64,000 nucleotides of DNA, taken from contig JAFSVJ010000009.1 of assembly GCA_017445025.1 (NCBI GenBank), positions 1,536 to 65,535 of the forward strand, read 5' to 3'. This document shows positions 59,908-64,000 of the stretch, in pieces. Numbering within the stretch: the stretch's first letter is position 1; every line of letters starts with the position of its first letter. The position numbers and the translations under genes were made by a program. The stretch is from Abditibacteriota bacterium (GTDB lineage: Bacteria > Armatimonadota > UBA5829). The notes beneath the pieces are model-generated. The model was not told the DNA's origin, did no database searches, and saw nothing but the letters and a program-made list of their open reading frames with translations.

Positions 59908-61239
59908 TTATTCCTTTGTAATGGTCTCATGCCTTATTTTTTTGGTTTTGGCATATTTTTCCCCATATGATCCTTTTACAACTTTTAAAACTATCTTAGA
60001 ACCGTAAAAAGCTTTATCCCCTATTTCTGTAACAGACTCGGGAATAACAACAGTCTTTAAATGTTTGGCACTTCTAAAAGCACTTCTGCCCACTCTTTCC
60101 AAACCTTCGGGAATTGTATAACTGCTATCCTCTCTTCCGGAAGGATAAAACATTAGAACAGATCCGCCATTATGGACGGCTTTTTCATCTTTCTTAAATA
60201 ATACTCCGTCAATATCTATATATCTGACAGAAACTGAAAATATATCATAATTATCTATGCCTTTAAATAATACTGCTTCTCTCTCAGCTCCGCCTATACG
60301 CTCTAATTTAATCTCTTCCGCAGCAAAATCTTGTGGAAAAATCCCTTCACCCTGCAATGGGGCATCACCCGGAATTGACATATTAAATTCTTCATTTGCG
60401 GGGACATTTTCCGGCTCACCTATTCTTTGCAAATCATAGGTATAATACCCCCCTTTATAAGCATCATAAAAAGTTATTTCACCGTCTTCATATTGAGTTT
60501 GCAAGAAATAGCTCGGTTTCCCGGTATAATTATCCACAACAAAAGCTAAGGGAGGAATCTCTCCGGGAACTCTTTCATATATATAAGAAATCTTATTGTT
60601 TTTGTTTTGGTTATCGTAATTTTCACCGCAAACATGATAAGCTTTTATATTGGGATTGTCCAAAAAGGCATCTTCGTCAATATATTTAACATTTGGATCG
60701 ATTTTTACATACTCCAATTTTTGGTTTTCAGCCACACTCCCCGGATCAAAGGTAACAAAGGGACCTGCCCAAAAATCTGTTATGTTCTTTTTTTTGAAAG
60801 CATTTCTTTGAATATTACCGTTTGGATTGGCACAAATTCTCTTATATTTACCTAAATTTTTATCTTCGGTTAAATTTGTAATCCAATTACCTTCTATAAC
60901 AAAGTTGTCTTCAAAAAGAACATCTTCCTTAGGCAATATGTTTTTATCTTTATCCATAAAGTAATGTATATTATCATAAAAAGGATTTACCAAACAGGAA
61001 TTTGCCAAACTCTCCTTTAATCTGTCTGAGCTGAATTGAGAAAGTATTCTATATTTCTTTTCCGCCTCTTCTTTTGTCAGATTATCATTTATCTCCTTTT
61101 CTTTTTGGTTAAACAAATTAATATCATATCCGCAATCCCTAAACAAATCGATTGTATCAAGCTCTGAAATTGTTGCATATAAACAAAGTGATAATCCCGT
61201 TAATATTAAAGCAAAAATCAATAAACAAAACTTTTTCAT
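59908..61239 (-). CDS. Secreted protein with C-terminal BspA-type leucine-rich repeats (LRR_5-like)
   Basis: Start at MKKFCLLIFALILTGLSLCLYA (RBS aggtg). C-terminal IPEGLERVGRSAFRSAKHLKTVVIPESVTEIGDKAFYGS repeats. Confidence 0.55.
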   Translation of the reverse strand: MKKFCLLIFALILTGLSLCLYATISELDTIDLFRDCGYDINLFNQKEKEINDNLTKEEAEKKYRILSQFSSDRLKESLANSCLVNPFYDNIHYFMDKDKNILPKEDVLFEDNFVIEGNWITNLTEDKNLGKYKRICANPNGNIQRNAFKKKNITDFWAGPFVTFDPGSVAENQKLEYVKIDPNVKYIDEDAFLDNPNIKAYHVCGENYDNQNKNNKISYIYERVPGEIPPLAFVVDNYTGKPSYFLQTQYEDGEITFYDAYKGGYYTYDLQRIGEPENVPANEEFNMSIPGDAPLQGEGIFPQDFAAEEIKLERIGGAEREAVLFKGIDNYDIFSVSVRYIDIDGVLFKKDEKAVHNGGSVLMFYPSGREDSSYTIPEGLERVGRSAFRSAKHLKTVVIPESVTEIGDKAFYGSKIVLKVVKGSYGEKYAKTKKIRHETITKE

Positions 61240-61374
61240 TATAACACCTATTTCATTCCAAATCCCAAAAAGTCTCGACAACTTTTCGGGAACCCTCAGA
61301 AAATAATACCTATTATATTATATCACTTTTTATTACAAAAAAACAATTTCAAAAAAACATATACACAAACCCAC

Positions 61375-61650
61375 GCGTGAAAATATTCACCCTCTTTCTC
61401 ATCCCAAAAAGTTGAGCTTGCGAAACGACCCAAGGGCTCCCGAAAAGTTTCGCACGGCCCCCCCACGGGAAAATCAAAGATTTTCCTCGTAGCCCCCCTA
61501 AAGGGGGTTCATTGATAAAAAAGCGAAAACTTTTTGGGAATGGGTTTTAGGGATTTGGATTGCGGTGGGTGGTCAGGAGTAAAGTTTGCTAAACTGCAAA
61601 TTTTACGATAGAAGCCTACTAACTTAAACCAACAATCCGGAATTGTGAGG
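61375..61650. repeat. Copy of the mosaic intergenic repeat (same orientation as 4955-5285)
   Basis: gggctcccgaaaagtt..., cgaaaactttttgggaatgggttttaggg, and ggtgggtggtcaggagtaaagtttgctaaactgcaaattttacgatagaagcct. Confidence 0.8.
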
Positions 61651-61657
61651 GGTGACA

Positions 61658-64000
61658 TTAATATTTCATTATATAAAAATCTAAAGGTTTTAAAGTAATT
61701 TTGGTATAGGTTTCTCCTGTAAGTAAATCCGTAGACTTTCCGGGCAAAACCACAGATATATCTTCCTTATTATAATTACTTAAATAAAAAACTGTTTCTT
61801 TATCCTTTTTATAACTGCGACAATCAAGCCCAAATTTTCCCGGTGCAACCAAAGGAGAGACTGAATACTTTTTCTTTGCGGCTGCAATATCATTCCAATA
61901 TTTTTTCATATCCTGTCCCTTTTTCAACATAACCAACGGGATACCCTTGTTTGCTATAGCTTTTAGAGTTTCCTTAGAAACCTTTGCGTCTTCCAAAATA
62001 CCAATAAATTTATACTTTGGCAAATTCTTCTCTATGGTTTTCTCTGTGACAAAATCAAAGTTGGCATCGGAAAAAGTCACAGCCTTATACAAATCCCACA
62101 CATTAGTTCCACCATAGAAAATACCAAAATCCCGGGGAGCTTTTGCGAAGGGCACCACATATTCAGCCACTCTGTTTACATCCATATTTGCCACACCAAG
62201 GGCGTGCATACCCCAAGGCTGACAGTGGAACATATTGGCATAATCTTCCACATCCGTGCCCCAACCCCAAACACAGGACACATCCTTTCCTCTCACAACA
62301 CAGTTCCAAATAGTCCATTTTACAAACTCTTCGGAGCAGTCTGCACCGTCAGCTTCTACCATATTGAGGTGAAATTCACCTTCGGTTATTATCTTATCCT
62401 TTGCAAAGGAATTGCTCTTGTCCAGCTCCATTCCTTCCATAAAGAAATCGGCTGCAAAATCCCCCGTTGTGTCCTTTGGCAGTGAATATGACCAGAAGGA
62501 ATTTCCTGTCAATTCCTCGGACATTTCTTCTCTTGTATAACCGTGAGTTTCCAAGCCGGGACAACACTTAGTCCAAATAGGCCTTGTATCGTCTAATTTC
62601 AAGATCTCGTCTCGGAAAAATTTCACAAACTCCATCATATTAAATTCATTATACTTAACCAATCTATCCTGTGGGGTCATATAATCTTGGTTATCTCTTT
62701 GATACTTTTCATAAGTAAAATCAGGGAAAGGATAGGAGAAAAGTTCGTTTTCCAAATCGTAGCCCAAGCAACATGGGTTATCTTTAAGGAAAGGAACCAC
62801 ATTCTCCACGTGGTGCTTCACAAGTTTTTTTATACTGTCGCTTGCCACGTTATACATGGAAATATACTGACCTTTTCGGAAACCAAAGGGGTCTAAATCC
62901 TTCATTTCCTCATACTGCTCCCCGGAAATATAGTGAGGTGAAAATAAAACCTGGAAAGCCATATTGTTATCTTTTAGGAAATTACTCTTGTTTACGAAAT
63001 AGGCTCTCTCGTTCAAATCGTCCGTATTCACCATAGGTATCTCAAAGGCTGTCACATTATATCCGTAGTCCTTTTGAATTAGAAAATGAGGATCGTAAAC
63101 CCAACCCACCATTCCGTTTAAGAAAAGGGGATAGTCTACCGTCTCTCCGTTTATTTCCTTGGGGGCGTAAATCTCACCATCTACGATTTTCATTTTGGAC
63201 AGGTCGCTTTCCACATAATCTATTCGGCTCTCCGGGTTAGCCTCAATTTGGGATAACTCTTTATCTGTCTTGTTTGCCAGTTCTTCAAGGTAATTTAAAA
63301 TTTTGTCTGCCCGAAAAAGCCAATTCTTGTCCGCTTCTTTTTTGGCTTCTTCCAAAAATTGGTCAATAATTCTTATGGCGGCAAGTTGATATCTGCAAGG
63401 ATAACCTTTATCTGAAAGAGTTTTGTGCTTTGCTGTCAAATCATCACAAAAGCCTCGCAAATCACCTATCTTTGCATTTATTTGCTCGAGAGTGGAGTGC
63501 TTATAATAGGTGCCTAAGGGATAGGTGAAAGCTATATCGTCAAAATATATAGGTTTTTCGCCATTCTCCCCCAAAGCGGGAACAAAAAAGGAGATTTTGG
63601 AAATGTCTTCAATTTTAGGAGCGTCTATGGCAAAGGGGAGAATATCCTCCACCTTGATTTTCACATCGTTCCATTGCATAGGTTTTACATCTTTAAGATA
63701 AACAAGACCAAAATTACCTTTCATATCTTCAAAACCTACGATAAATGCAGATTGATGATAAAATGACACGGAAGGGAAAACCCGAAACTGCACATATTCA
63801 GGCATGGGAAGAGAAATATTATCTTTAACTATACCCACAGCCTGGTTTCTCGTTCCGTCCAAAACCGGAGTCCATTTGAGTTTATCTTTAAACAGTTGGT
63901 CCTTGGAAACCTCAAGCTTATTGTTGCCTAAGAAAGTCCAACCCTCTGTGCTGTTTGAAGTTGCTACCACCACCAAATCACAGTCAACTCTGTTTGATGC
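61658..64000 (-). CDS. Partial CDS (N-terminus beyond window end); paralogue of the 57467-59890 secreted protein
   Basis: The frame stays open to the window edge upstream of the ORF-track start. Paralogous blocks as above. Confidence 0.5.
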   Translation of the reverse strand, partial: ASNRVDCDLVVVATSNSTEGWTFLGNNKLEVSKDQLFKDKLKWTPVLDGTRNQAVGIVKDNISLPMPEYVQFRVFPSVSFYHQSAFIVGFEDMKGNFGLVYLKDVKPMQWNDVKIKVEDILPFAIDAPKIEDISKISFFVPALGENGEKPIYFDDIAFTYPLGTYYKHSTLEQINAKIGDLRGFCDDLTAKHKTLSDKGYPCRYQLAAIRIIDQFLEEAKKEADKNWLFRADKILNYLEELANKTDKELSQIEANPESRIDYVESDLSKMKIVDGEIYAPKEINGETVDYPLFLNGMVGWVYDPHFLIQKDYGYNVTAFEIPMVNTDDLNERAYFVNKSNFLKDNNMAFQVLFSPHYISGEQYEEMKDLDPFGFRKGQYISMYNVASDSIKKLVKHHVENVVPFLKDNPCCLGYDLENELFSYPFPDFTYEKYQRDNQDYMTPQDRLVKYNEFNMMEFVKFFRDEILKLDDTRPIWTKCCPGLETHGYTREEMSEELTGNSFWSYSLPKDTTGDFAADFFMEGMELDKSNSFAKDKIITEGEFHLNMVEADGADCSEEFVKWTIWNCVVRGKDVSCVWGWGTDVEDYANMFHCQPWGMHALGVANMDVNRVAEYVVPFAKAPRDFGIFYGGTNVWDLYKAVTFSDANFDFVTEKTIEKNLPKYKFIGILEDAKVSKETLKAIANKGIPLVMLKKGQDMKKYWNDIAAAKKKYSVSPLVAPGKFGLDCRSYKKDKETVFYLSNYNKEDISVVLPGKSTDLLTGETYTKITLKPLDFYIMKY

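Noticed and set aside
1-64000. CRISPR arrays, rRNA genes, additional tRNAs
   Set aside because: No regularly spaced direct repeats with unique spacers were seen. No 16S/23S/5S-like conserved stretches. Only one cloverleaf (tRNA-Ser) could be supported.

Overview
AT-rich bacterial chromosome segment, about 30 to 40% GC overall. Gene content points to a PVC-like lineage (Lentisphaerae, Verrucomicrobia or Planctomycetes) or similar; this phylum call is inference only. The supporting features are a DUF1559 prepilin-type protein, a prepilin-anchored Big_2 protein, many secreted putative glycan-active enzymes, a LacI regulator, and a Wza/Wzc/CpsB exopolysaccharide export set.

Housekeeping genes recognised from motifs: hrcA, nadA, nadC, tRNA-Ser(GCU), topA, tag, ogt, infC-rpmI-rplT, cysS, cysE, kdsB, dprA, a glutathione peroxidase, an Amidase_3 murein amidase, an SLT lytic transglycosylase and a VanW-like protein.

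The centre of the window (about 14.1 to 34.85 kb) looks like a horizontally acquired defence island, on four lines of evidence:
- its genes are much more AT-rich than the flanks (proteins dominated by N, K and I);
- it is bounded by two identical 22-bp hairpin terminators in direct orientation;
- a tyrosine integrase sits just inside the left end and is interrupted at an A7 homopolymer;
- it carries defence and addiction modules.

The island contains a Panacea-domain (DUF4065) plus small-protein pair, then one tightly packed 8-gene plus-strand operon. The operon core matches type 4 BREX in type-4 order (BrxP with the PAPS-reductase SGGKDS motif, then the P-loop giant BrxC, PglZ, and a BrxL-like ATPase). 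A translationally coupled, uncharacterised 624-aa gene precedes that core. A 66-aa zinc ribbon and an OLD-family ATPase-Toprim nuclease plus compact UvrD-like helicase (Gabija-like) follow it. This composite arrangement is the best candidate for an undescribed system.

Other notable features:
- a mosaic, GC-rich, hairpin-forming intergenic repeat family with at least 7 copies;
- a consensus sigma70 promoter followed by two tandem intrinsic terminators in the leader of a porin-like gene (a candidate attenuator or sRNA);
- a second homopolymer (T10) frameshift that truncates a Gly-rich BamB-like secreted protein;
- internal tandem repeats in two surface proteins.

No CRISPR arrays or rRNA genes were seen.
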